From: Yuukianura sp. NJ FZ-2021
Taxonomy: Eukaryota
Direction of reading: 5' to 3'
DNA length: 64,000 nucleotides
NCBI GenBank assembly: GCA_046563655.1
Contig: CM102290.1
Span: 13,144,001-13,208,000 of the forward strand
Numbering within the stretch: the first letter of the stretch is position 1; each line of letters begins with the position of its first letter. The translations under genes and the position numbers were made by a program. The notes below the pieces were generated by a model. That model made no database searches, was not told where the DNA came from, and was given only the letters and a program-made list of their open reading frames with translations. Positions 1 to 11,578 of this stretch are shown piece after piece.

Positions 1-90
1 GGTTAATTTCACTCGTTCAGATTCAAAAATCCAGCGATAATTCTGCAAAGAAATGAAATGGAAAGTTAGTTTCTCAAAATTAAGAGCTGT

Positions 91-511
91 TACAGTGGAA
101 ACTCTCAAATCGCAACTTTTAGCTCCGCCCCCGCCTGACGGCAGGACACTCGAAAACTCATCTTACGTTTTGCTGAATGGATTTTCTTCCATTCTCCATG
201 AAAGTGGTGGATATATCCCATGAAAGTGGTGGATATATCCGGATTTTATTGGTTTCTTCCGGACGAAACTGGGTTTTATCCGGGTTTATTCATTTATCCA
301 GTGGATATCTCCTGTACAAAATGTTATAAAAAGTGGTTATCCAGCAACACTGTTAAAACTTAAGTTTGTGGAAGGATTTTAGCTTGTAGAAAAACACTAC
401 GATTGGGGTGGTTCAATATTTCAAATATGTCAGAATTTGAAGCCATATGAATTCTCAGCGAAAATATTTTTTCGAATCAGAGCACGTTGCTAAAAGAGAG
501 GTTCCACTGTA
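91..511. mobile_element. pogo/Tigger-like MITE (TA-CAGT termini) with nested fragment
   Basis: TACAGTGGAAACTCTC ... GAGAGGTTCCACTGTA. Inner sequence ending CCAGCAACACTG (352) resembles the 8565 element. Confidence 0.7.
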
Positions 512-1051
512 AGTTGATTATGAGAGCAAGTTGGAAGACATTTGTGGATTGAAGAGAAGTTTGGAGCTGGAGGGGAAACGTTAAGGCATGTGGTGGTGAG
601 CGTACGTTTAAAGACTTGATTTTCCTTTGATTATTAAGCGAGTGAAGGGAGTAATTACAATGATATTCTGATCTTAAAAGGTGATAATGACTTTCAAATG
701 TAATGAAATCTAAGCAGTACTACAACTACAAATGTCTAACACTGAAACTCAAACTTATTAAAATGTCCGTCAAAATATTAAGGGAGATGATGGAGATTAG
801 TTTTAAACTGCGCTCTCTTTTCCATAGCTCAAGAATTTGCCGGCGGTCATTTCCTCAAAGCTTACTCAACTGTGCAATAATAATTATTGTTAAATTGAAA
901 ATTGCTACTGTTGCTGGAACTCCTGAGGAGTCCCGATTATTAATTGAGCAAAAGGAACAATCCCAGGCGGAATTGAGTGATTACTGCCATAACTTTTTTC
1001 GTTGACTATAATTAAGTAAGGAAGATGTTTGGAGGTTATGGGCAGTATCAC

Positions 1052-1263
1052 CAAGGTTTGTAAACAAAATGTTTTTTTTTCTACAACAGGTTGTCCAACA
1101 ACTCGGATTTTTTCTATGCGATTTCAAGTGTTCAAAGGTTGAAAAATAAATGGGGAAAATGTAAAAACAAAATTTGTGCTAAAGTTGTTTGAAGCTTTCT
1201 GAAAACCCTGAGGTATTGGACAACCTGTTGTAGGAAATACAATTCCGTTGCCAAGGAACCTTG
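1052..1263. mobile_element. hAT-like MITE, CAAGGTT...AACCTTG family
   Basis: TIRs CAAGGTT/AACCTTG and a perfect 8-bp TSD AGTATCAC (1044-1051, 1264-1271). Homologous to 10012-10324. Confidence 0.85.
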
Positions 1264-1805
1264 AGTATCACTCCGGCGGTTTGCCGTGTCGTGATGCTTA
1301 CAGTTGGAGTTGAGCTCCATAATGGACCTACATAGGCCAAATAAAGTCACCAAATCCTGCCGAGAGGCCCATTTCTGGGAATGGAGAGGAAGGACACGAG
1401 ATAAATCATGACATTAAATTAATTTACTAACTTGTATACAGGAGGCATTGTCCTCCTTTGTGTGACCAGAAGTCTCAAAAAGTGCCGTCTTGCGTTCCTT
1501 TGGTGATGGTGCCTTGAGACATTTTAGGATAAAATGTGAAACTAAGATGGTGACATAGGCTTGGAGTATGCGGTTCCACGGAACATGTACAAATGTACAT
1601 GTACAAATGTACAAAAGAGAATAGTAATCCAATGGCTGAGACTTTCTTCAGTAGACAAGGGGAGGGGATCTGTAATAAAATATTTCCAGTCCAACAATGC
1701 AACTCTGAATCTCATAAATTGACACAACTCACTTTCACCCCAAAATCTTTTCAGATTGGAAATGAATAGTTGTGTGAAGGAGAAAGCTGTCCTTTCTTAA
1801 GTTTC

Positions 1806-2009
1806 TACAGTAGAACCTCTCATTTCGCAACACACTGTAACTGCTGTTTGATTTGAAGATGACCTTTCTGTACTTACTGCGCCGAATTCCAACACATCTA
1901 AGATGTTGTTTTGTTTACAAGTTAAATCTATCCAACAACTTAAGTTTTACAGTATCTCACTGTCAGGAGAGGCGGAGCAAAAAGTTGCACAATGAGAGGT
2001 TCTACTGTA
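1806..2009. mobile_element. pogo/Tigger-like MITE
   Basis: 17-bp perfect TIR CAGTAGAACCTCTCATT/AATGAGAGGTTCTACTG with TA TSD. Confidence 0.85.
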
Positions 2010-3078
2010 TAAAAATGATGCAGCGAATATCATTAGAGTCCAACCTTGTTAATTTCTTGTATGTGATAAACATCTTAGCGAGAAAATAAATATCACAAAA
2101 TTTATCTAAGTAAAAAGATTACTTTCCCTCGACAGTGAAGATTTTTGCTGGTAAAAGAAGCGGAGAAAGTCAAATTAATTATAAGTGCAAGGCAACAGAA
2201 CAGACAAAACCTCTGGCTTTTTTGGAGAGAAAACGCAAGAAATCGACTATAATTTTAACCAGACATGAGCTCGTGTAAATTTCATGCGAATTTTGAATGT
2301 CACGACTGAAAAGAGCGTTTGAGCTACTTGAAACTGAGAAATGTGAGTTTAACTGGGCCAATGTCCTATTGGGCAACCAGTAGTAGTCTACTGCAAAGTG
2401 GGTGAAGTGTTAGTAGAATTGACACCACAAGAGGAATTAGACAGGCGTGAAAGGTTGATTGAGAGCATCAATTCACCAGAGTAAGAATAGATTCCTTTGA
2501 TTTTTCAATTGAAGCGTTAGTTATAAGTAGGTTTTCAACTACTGAATGAGCCCATGAACGACCCTTACGTACAATCCCCACCTACAGTCACTTACTAACT
2601 AGTTATTGCCAAATTCATCCAAATAAGAGGCAAATCTTAATCAGTGACAACACTGCGGGGACACTTTGAATACATTTGAAGTGCACAAGAGACACTTTGC
2701 AATGCCTATTTTAGCCAACATTCAAGCAATTTCAGTATGTCGAGTTATGCTATACTGAAGAAACTTACCCTATTTCACAGCGTATATCACCCACTAAATA
2801 TTATGCACAATTGATTTTGTAATCAAAGTTTATAAGAAAATAATAAAATTCATCTGCCACAGGCACGTTGAGGAGAGAGTACCATTTACGTTAAATTTGT
2901 GTAAAATTTTAGTTGTTCTTAAGTTTTCTTATGCCAACAACCTTCGATTAACCACGCGTTTTATTTTTAATTAAAACAAATAGTATTATGCTTTCCGCAG
3001 ATGGTAAAATGTTTAAACAGCTTTTGAAATTTCAAAACAGTTGCCAACTGAATTATGATTGCAAATACTGCTCATGAC

Positions 3079-3460
3079 TAGAGTCGCCAAATATGTTTTT
3101 ATATGTATATCACATATATTTTTTATGTTAAAAAAATAATTCGTGATTTAAAACGATATAAATATTTTGCTAAATATTTGAGAATTTTTGATCAAAATAT
3201 ATTTTTTAAAAAAATATTTGGCGCTTTTCGGATTTACAGCCTGATTCTCCTTATTTCTTGTCAATAGTTGTTTTCTTTAAATCGGAGTTATGACATAACC
3301 TGTTAGCGCATTTGTACAAATGGGCGCTACAGCAACCTTGGTGCAGGTTTACAGTTATGTTTTCTAACTGAAATGGGTGAAGTTTTGTTAATATTGGTGT
3401 TTTAGAAAATATTTACGTAAATATTCGGGGTGTTTAAACAACATATTTTTAACGACTCTA
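3079..3460. mobile_element. hAT-like MITE upstream of the GH45 gene
   Basis: TIRs TAGAGTCG/CGACTCTA and a perfect 8-bp TSD CTCATGAC (3071-3078, 3461-3468). Contains a CAAGG-family fragment ending CAACCTTG (~3339). Confidence 0.85.
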
Positions 3461-3785
3461 CTCATGACGCACCAACCTAATCGTCAGAATTTTAAGACGT
3501 TTGAGAAAAACAGTTTAAAACGAAACCATATTTTCGAGGTAACTGCGTATAATTACTAAGATTAAATCTGGAAAATTGGAAAGAGATTGTCACTAGCAGG
3601 TTGCAGGTTCGTCAAATTGTAATTACAAATTGTACAGAAAGTAATGAATAATTTATTTATTTTAACCTTGAAGGCTAGAGGTCACAACACAAGCGCAAAA
3701 TATTACGTTGTCCCCCTCATGACGTTTCCGTGAAACGTCGCCAGACTAGTCGTGATACTTTTTTAAAATCAAGTAGAAACTCATC

Positions 3786-3792
3786 TATAAAA
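3786..3792 (+). promoter_or_regulatory. Putative TATA box of the GH45 gene
   Basis: TATAAAA about 130 nt upstream of the ATG at 3920. Confidence 0.5.
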
Positions 3793-3919
3793 CGCTCCAA
3801 AATCTCTACTTTTACATCAGGTCCCAAAATTCGTCTGCTTTGAACACTTCATTTTCCAACTCGAAACAAGAATTTTTTTTCGAAATTTCAAGTCTGAAAA
3901 TTTTGGAAATTCCAAGAAT

Positions 3920-5642
3920 ATGGATTTGAAAATATCATTAATTATATTTGCAGGACTTGTAACCTACGTTGCTGGAGACTGCTGGGAAACTAGTTCTTGT
4001 CAGCTAGACTCCTGGGCTACCAAAGGCTGTTCTCAATACGGCAGAAGTGAGCAGAGCAAAAGACGGTGCTACGACAATGGACAACCCGGGTATTTTTATA
4101 CTTGCTGTTCGGGTGGTGGAGGGGGATCGCAGCCCTCACCAGGGGTGAGAACGGGTAAAACAACGCGATATTGGGATTGCTGCAAGGTAAATTAAACCAA
4201 ATTCAAGCTTCCTTCACAACGAAAAGTTGATTTTCTTTCAGAGGTTGGGTACTACTTCGCTTGTTGACAAAAAAAAATTAGTACCAATTGTTACCAATCC
4301 AAAAAATTGGTACCAATACGTACGGAAAATTTAAAAAATTTGGCTGTATTTTTATGACTCGATGCCCTGGAATCAAAAGACACTTTTTCTTGTAAAGTCG
4401 GAAAAACATGAGGTATAACCCAATCTGTTAAAGAAAATCAAGGTCAACAAACCTTGACCAAATTCGTTTTCAACATTTGAAAAAAAAATTTTAAGGAAAA
4501 AAAATTGTGTTATAAAATGAAACTAGCCGTCATGCAGTTGGGATGGGAAAGCACCGGTAAGCTCTCCAGTCAAAGCTTGTTCAAAAGATGGAGTATCGCG
4601 GGTTGGTTCAAATGATGGCAACGGATGTAACGGAGGAAGTAAGTTAAAACTATTAAGAGTCAAATAAACTATTTTTCTTAACTAAAACTAAACTTTTTAA
4701 CAAACTAAAAAATTTCATAAAATTAAAAAAAAGTTAAAAAAGGAACGGTTTTTAGATTCGTTCGTGTGCAACGATCAGCAACCTTTTGTTATTGGGGACA
4801 CTGCTTATGGCTTTGCTGCAGCAAATCTTGGAGGAGAAAGTGAGTGGGGATGGTGCTGTGGCTGTTATGAGTTGACTTTTACTTCTGGACCAATTCAAAA
4901 CAAGAAAATGATTGTGCAAGTTACAAATACTGGAGGAGACTTGGGAGTAAGTCAAAACTTTAACTTAAAAACTAGGGTTGGTCAATATTCGTTTCGCTTC
5001 GTTTCTAAACGAAACGGAAATAAAACGAGTTTTGTTTGTAAAAGTTTGAACTAAAAACGAAACGAAATTTGCGCTTCCAAGGTTGGAAACGAAAACGAAA
5101 CGGGAATGGCGCGAGTTTCATTTATGACACTGGAAATTGAACAGCCATAGGTGTAACTAAGTAATAAATAATAAATATGAATAACTAGGTGAATTAATAA
5201 GTAAAACATAAAACGAGCTACTTTTTAAAAGTTAGTTTTTAGTATAAATTGAAATCAAAAACGGAATTGAAAATATTTGTTTGTAACTTTTAGGAGAATC
5301 ACTTTGACCTTCAAATCCCAGGCGGTGGCGTAGGACTTTTCAATGGATGTGGTCCACAGTGGGGAGCATGGGGAGATGGGTGGGGAGCCCGTTATGGTGG
5401 GATCAATTCACGAGGCGATTGTGCGCAACTCCCAAAACAACTCCAGTCAGGGTAAACCTTTCAAACTTTTAAATTTTTCAAAATTTTGTAACCTTTCGTT
5501 TTTACGTAATTTTATTTGTGATTGCAGATGCTACTTTAGATTTGATTGGTTTAAAAATGCGGACAACCCTACTATGTCTTTCGTCAAGGTCAAATGCCCT
5601 GATGTGTTGTCATCCAAAACTGGCTGCTCAAGAAAAGAGTAA
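3920..5642 (+). CDS. Secreted glycoside hydrolase family 45 endo-beta-1,4-glucanase (cellulase), 280 aa, with N-terminal six-Cys module; exons 3920-4186, 4527-4638, 4756-4946, 5294-5451, 5528-5642
   Basis: Four GT-AG introns join in frame (267+112+191+158+115=843 nt). The translation has a signal peptide ([19 protein letters not shown]) and the GH45 motifs [12 protein letters not shown] (catalytic Asp), [46 protein letters not shown] (second catalytic Asp), [21 protein letters not shown] and terminal C-x7-TGC. Confidence 0.96.
4204..4456. mobile_element. hAT-like MITE (CAAGG family) in intron 1 of the GH45 gene
   Basis: Perfect 8-bp TSD ACCAAATT (4196-4203, 4457-4464). Homologous to 11220-11486, 23753-24025 and 36436-36705. 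Confidence 0.85.
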
Positions 5643-5759
5643 ACTCTGTTTTAGAACATGATACTTTCGAACCAATTGGTAAATATAATGCAAATGTGTA
5701 GTACCTACACTACTGTATACATCCAACATTATCATTAAAAAAACTAATTGAAAGTAACA

Positions 5760-5765
5760 AATAAA
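5760..5765 (+). terminator. Putative polyadenylation signal of the GH45 gene
   Basis: AATAAA about 120 nt after the stop codon at 5642. Confidence 0.5.
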
Positions 5766-6442
5766 TTTTTAAAGTTATTGGCCAACTATTTGTAAATTGT
5801 GCGTCAAAATCAATTTATAGATTCAGATTCTTCACTTTTCAGCTATCTCTGCAGTTTTTTTTAAAGTTCTAGTACGTATAAAAAGTGTAGTAATTTATCC
5901 GTCCAAGTTCACTTGAATAATAACAAAGGGCAGGAAAAGTTTGTAGGGAAATGTTCAAGTTGTACTTTTTCCTTGACTTTTTCCATGAAATGCTCCAGTG
6001 AAAGTGAGCATTGGAATAATAATGGATAAGACGCTGCCTACTCCGAGAGAAAAACTTTCTCTGGATTTGTTTGAGTTTCATTTGCTCCAAGGAAGAAGAC
6101 GAAGAGAAAGAAAGGAAATTCCCATTAGGAAGTTGGAAATGATCTTTGCATAGATTTAAAATTTCATACTTCTTTTCTTTTTTAATTTTCGGAAAAAAAT
6201 TGGAAAGAAAGATGAGTACTTTTGCCATGATCTTGTTCGTTGGGTACCCTGAAATGACGTATAATTCAAGAGACTCAGAACAATGGAACTTTTCGGAAGA
6301 CAATTAAGATCTCTTTGCGTGTGGAGATCCTACGCGTATTCATGACTCACTTCACTCCCATTATAATTTGTCGGTTAGTTTCACTATGCTAAGGTACTCT
6401 GTAATGATTTTGTAAGGGTAGCATAGATTTTAGGTTTAGTAT

Positions 6443-6944
6443 TACAGTAGAACCTCTCATTTGGAAACTTGTTTTTGGTGGGTCCTCACGTGACAGTGTG
6501 ATACCGTAGAAGTTCACTTTCGGAGAGGATCTCAACGTTTAGAAATGAATTGTGTACGTTTTGCATTGTCAAATACCTCCAATACGCCGGGTTGGAGTAA
6601 ACATAGATTGCACCCATTGTAACCACACAGTGTAATCACCGGCGCCATTTGTATCTCATCTCAATGTTTACCATGGGTGGTTACAAATTGTAACTTACAA
6701 TGCAACTGTCAGTTTAGGTTGGATTTTGTTAGTTCCTTTCTGAAGTTTTGTATCTACCTGATTGTAACCAACCGTTGTAAGTACAGGGTGGTTACAAAAA
6801 TGGCGTCGGTGGCTACACTGCGTGGTTACAATGGAAGTAATTTAGGTTGTCGTAGACCATACGCCGTATTCAGAAACTTTACGGTAGGCGTGAAAAAGTT
6901 TTCAACCAATCAGAGCGAGTTTTGAAATGAGAGGTTCTGCTGTA
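6443..6944. mobile_element. pogo/Tigger-like MITE with nested palindromic insert (~6590-6840)
   Basis: Same TIR as 1806. The body matches 60838-61062 in reverse apart from an insert bounded by CCATTGTAACCACACAGTGTA/TACACTGCGTGGTTACAATGG. Confidence 0.75.
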
Positions 6945-8440
6945 GTTTGAGCTGGATTGGTTTTGTTGTTGGTTTCATGTCACAGGCGCCTGACCACAGG
7001 AAGTTCCACAATAGTTTTAGCGAACTAGATGAGGTTAGAAAGTCCCGTGTTGCGAGGCAGTTGAAACATGTCATGTAACATGTCTTATCAAGTGACACAT
7101 CTCCCGTTGCCATGTTTGTGGAGTAGTATGGAATGGAGTATCCAAGGACTTGGACAGAGGCAGTGGATCATTTCAGTTCCAATTCCCCCTTGAGATCTAC
7201 ATTCTACACCTCTTTAATGATACAGTGCGGCTCACAAAAAGTGAAAGGAAGGCGCGAGAATGAATGGTCTATTTAAAAGATTACTTTGTTCTGACACGAA
7301 GTCTCATGCTAATCTAATAGACCACTCTCTCTAATGGCTCTAATAAAATACCTCATGGACATCTCCACTTCTACTCCAAAATCACCCCAACTTCCATCAT
7401 AAAATCATAAATTCTCAGCAACATTATTCACATCACTTCAAAAATTTCATGCCCTCACTTTACATCATGTTCTGATTAGAAAAAAAAACTACGGCGCTAA
7501 ATTATGCATACAAACACCAAGTCTGTAAAAAACAGAAAAACAGAAAAAGTCTAAGCGGCAACGCATATGCCCGCATTTTAAAAAAAAATTCAAAACATTT
7601 TGTGTAGTTTCCAGTTAAATTCGAAAAGTCAAATCTGTAAAAAAATGGCACCCTGTTAGTATTAAAATTTCTGAAAAAATTTCCGCGTTGCAAGGAAATT
7701 TTTTGTTCAACATTTCGTACTTGTAAGGTCTGGTTTAAAATTCAACCTCCCGAAATACCGGTTTTGTATTACATAAGTCAGTGTGCAAACTTTAGGTTTA
7801 GAAACGGCAAAAGAAGGTTTCTGGTTAATTTTTGACAAGCGGCAATCTCTACCAAAAGATGAATAGCCGAAGAAACACGATTTTGCGTATCCAAGTTCAC
7901 AATCTGGCCGTAACAACGGACCAGAAGATCCGCCTTTGGATTCCCATTGAACCATTTTCATCCTCTCGAGCATCTTTGTGACAATTTGAAATTACAGCAG
8001 AACTTTACCCAGCACGACTTAAATCATCACCAACTTAAACGTTTTTGTGAAAAGTGGTAAAACGATGGCAGAGTGTTTTAAATCAAATGTTCCCACGTAA
8101 ACTCCCACAAATGACGGGATCCCTATGGGCTAAATTCCTTTGAAAATGAAGTTTCATAGTTCGTGCCAAAGTGAAATGAAATGGGAGATGTTGGGGGGTG
8201 ATCGTGATCATGGGCATTTTGAGGAGAAAGTTGCATGACGGAAGCAGAAGTGTGTACAACACTTTTGAAGCGGTTCAAAGGGAAAGGCCTCCAGGAAAAT
8301 GGACTCGTGTTGGACACTTTTAGGCACCAATTACTGACAAAACATTCAACACACCACCTTAATATTTCCCAAAATTTCCCTCTTCCAGTTCCTCCATATA
8401 ATTTTAGCTCGACGTTTATTATTATTGTTTAATAAAAATC

Positions 8441-9075
8441 AATAAAACGGACTATTCACAAGTAGCGAACGGTAAATTTCAGGACACCATGAAAAACCTT
8501 AGCGTATCGCGGTTGACCTTGACCATTGACCCGGTAGGAGTTAAACTCATAGATGACATTCAACCAGTGTTGGTGGATATCCAGTTTTTCGACATTTCGT
8601 CCACGGCTGGATATCCAGTGGAAGAAATGGACAAAATGGATGAATCCAAAGAGACGGAGCCTTGACCGCGGGATTTAAATTATTTAAATACAAAACGTTA
8701 AAAAAAATGAAAACGTAGTACAAGAACGTAGTAAACATTGTTTTTAAATAAGTTTTAGATATTTAATAGACAGAAAAAGAGAATCTTTATAATATCCTTT
8801 TATAACTTTAAATTTGATTTTTTTTTTGCATTTCGGGTTAAATTTTCGATTTCTTCCATCCACTATTTTCATCCATTCGGGACACATTTCTTCCACTGGA
8901 TACCCAGTGGAAGTGGCAATTAAGCCACTGGACGGTTAAGCATCCACCAACACTGCATTCAATAGTTCACTGGGTATTCAACGTTGAAGACGATCTTCCC
9001 AGAGTTGACCTCTTTCTGCCATAATTGCCGCGGACAGACAGACAGACACAAAATGGCATTCCATAAAGTAGCTTT
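8441..9075 (-). mobile_element. DINE-1/Helentron-like element interrupted by an hAT-like MITE
   Basis: AAGTAGCGAA at 8460, TGACCTTGACCATTGACC at 8514, and CGGACAGACAGACAGACA...CATAAAGTAGCTTT at 9030-9075. Confidence 0.6.
8565..8955. mobile_element. hAT-like MITE
   Basis: TIRs CAGTGTTGGTGGAT/ATCCACCAACACTG; TSD CATTCAAC/CATTCAAT. Confidence 0.85.
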
Positions 9076-10011
9076 TGCATAAAATCTTTTGTAGAACGAG
9101 TGTTGTGTTGGTTTTATGTGATGCCTGGTAGAAGTTAAACTTTTAGAGCTGAACTTTTAATGCTAAGCGGATATCAGGGACGGATGACCTCTTGAGTTGA
9201 CCTTTGAAAGAAAACGTTGATAGCTCGATATGGAAAGGAGAATAATTGAAGAGTCCAAATGTTTCCCAAGTCTCTGTGGAGAATAATTCGCATGGAGTGG
9301 TGAATTATAATTGACAGGGCACATCCTGTTTGTGTTCAATATCTTAAAATGCAGTAAGAGGTTTTGAAACCTGAGACCTAAGTGACGAAGGAGCTCTTAG
9401 CACTTACTCCTAAATGTAATCCATATATTATCTTCTGCTTTTCAGTTAAGGACGTCAAGAACATGGAAAGTGTCAGCTAAGATCACTTTCCTTGTCTAAA
9501 GTGTTGGAAGACATTCCAGAACAGGCTGGAGCTTCCTAAGCAACGGAGGAAGTGGAATGACTAATGAGTTATTACTGGGACATATTGGATCTCTTCGTTT
9601 TGGGAAATTCATGCTGGCGGAAGATCTTAATCCACAGATTCATCTTCACTTTTTGGTGTGTGGGAAGTTTGAACTTTGTAGGGGCTTGGAATTGTGAGAG
9701 TGAGAATTGGTTGAAAGGAAATTGAGAGTCCGAATGGGAGTTTAATGGTCATTTGGCAATGAAAATTGCAACACTTTACACACATAAAAGGGAATTGGCG
9801 TCTTAGGGGGTACACCAGAGCACACCATGGTGTTACCATGGTTACCTTCACAAAAAGTGGAAACAGAGAGAGGGAAGTAGCCGTCTGCTGGGGGCCGGCA
9901 TGATGGTGATGATTTAACTTCTGGACCACGGAGTACTTGGAGATCATGCTTTATGATCTACTAAAACACAAAATGATCTTCCAAATGTGCGAAATAGGGT
10001 GTCACTTTGAG

Positions 10012-10324
10012 CAAGGTTCCTAAACAAAGAAAAATGTTTTTCTTCCCTAGGTTTTCCAATAACTCGGGTTTTTCAATTTTTTGCCAAACTTTTCAAAAAC
10101 CAAACGGGTTAAACTTCGCCTCCATTTCTATGACAATTTTTGATTTTTTTTTTCACTTTTATTTTATTCCTATGCGATTTCAAGTGTTCAAAGTTTGAAA
10201 AAAAAATGGGGAAATGTATAAACAAAATTGATGCTAAAAGGTGTTTGAAGCTAGATTTTTTGAAAACCCTGACGTATTGGACAACCTGTTGTAGCAAATA
10301 CAATTCCGTTGTCAAGGAACCTTG
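10012..10324. mobile_element. hAT-like MITE (CAAGG family)
   Basis: TIRs CAAGGTTCC/GGAACCTTG; TSD ACTTTGAG/ATTTTGAG (7/8). Confidence 0.8.
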
Positions 10325-11170
10325 ATTTTGAGACGCAATCACACCCCTCAATTTCCAAAAACCTGCTATTCCCAAAATTCGAAATTTTCGTTTTTTCTTC
10401 TAAATGGAGAAACTTTTCATTCAATAGATTGACCCCGCGTGACCTTTGTGTTGTTGGTGGAAAACAGAATGAGGTTGCTAATTGAGATTTGGCCAAGCCT
10501 CATTTATTTGCTTACCTCTTCGTACTAATTGAACATCATTTCATTTCCCAGAAGACTCCTTGTCCCGGATTTCATTCCGAAGACGCATCATTTCTCTGCT
10601 GCAGGAAGGAGTTTTCCCCGCCTTCCGGAAGAGGTTGAAGAGTAAACTTAATCCAGGCAGGAGTAAAGGCTTAATTGGTTTCATTACTCCACTTCTCTTC
10701 ACTATTCCTCAGAATCAGCAGATACTAGAGCAGACTGGAAATATTTAATTTAATTCCACGCCTCTTACACTCAACGACTCCCTCCTGAACAACCCAGGCA
10801 TAATAATTCGGTTAAACTTTGTGCAAACTGTGCCATAAAAATTGAATACATGCACAAATTAAAATTATTCCACTAAAATCTGCACTCTAGACAAGATTCT
10901 TGTCAAAAACCACGTTCGGGCGTAGAGTTTCATCAGTTTCAAATCTATTTCTGGGAGTCACGACTTGTTGAAGATCATGAAGATCATGTGACGAAATGCA
11001 ACCAATGTCCCGCTTTTCTCAGCTATCCATTTCTTAAGTGTTGGGAAATAAGAATTTATCAAAGTAGAGCAGAACAACTAGAGTAAAATTAACTGTCATT
11101 TTGTTGAACTTTAAAAAAAAGAGTGGGAAAGGTCTTAAAAGTGGAATATGGATGTTAAGTTTACGAGTTG

Positions 11171-11578
11171 TACCGTAAAACTTCTAATAAACACCGAGTA
11201 TCTAATAAACGCCCGAGATCAAGGTTTGTTGACTTGGATTTTCTTTAACAGGTTGGGTAATACCTCATTTTTTGTTGATTTTGCAAAAAAAGTGTTTTTT
11301 CATTTCGGGGCATCGTAGTCATAACAATACAGCGAATGTTTTAAATTTTGCATACGAATTGGTACCAATTTTTTTTTAAGATTGGTACTAAAATTGGTAC
11401 CTTTTTTTTTCGTTTTTTTCTGGTCAACAAGAGAGGTAGACTCAACCTGTTAAAGAAAATTAATTTTTCGTTGCCAAGGAACCTTGCCCGGGATAAAGTT
11501 CATAATTTGAGTAAACGCGCCAGCGAAAAGTTGAGAATTTGAATAAACGTGAGGGTGTTTATTAGGAGTTTTACGGTA
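11171..11578. mobile_element. Tc1/mariner-type (CCGTA-terminal) MITE containing a nested CAAGG-family MITE (11220-11486)
   Basis: TA-CCGTAAAACTTCTAATAAACAC ... GTGTTTTATTAGGAGTTTTACGG-TA. The inner element has TSD CCCGAGAT/CCCGGGAT. Confidence 0.8.

Noticed and set aside
5869..6303. 144-aa minus-strand ORF next to the GH45 gene
   Set aside because: Non-ATG start, no recognisable domain and no convincing splice structure.
9627..9947. ORF starting MISKYS, resembling the MLSKYS ORF at 49492-49815
   Set aside because: Similarity is limited to about 15 nt around the start. I cannot support homology or coding status without alignment.
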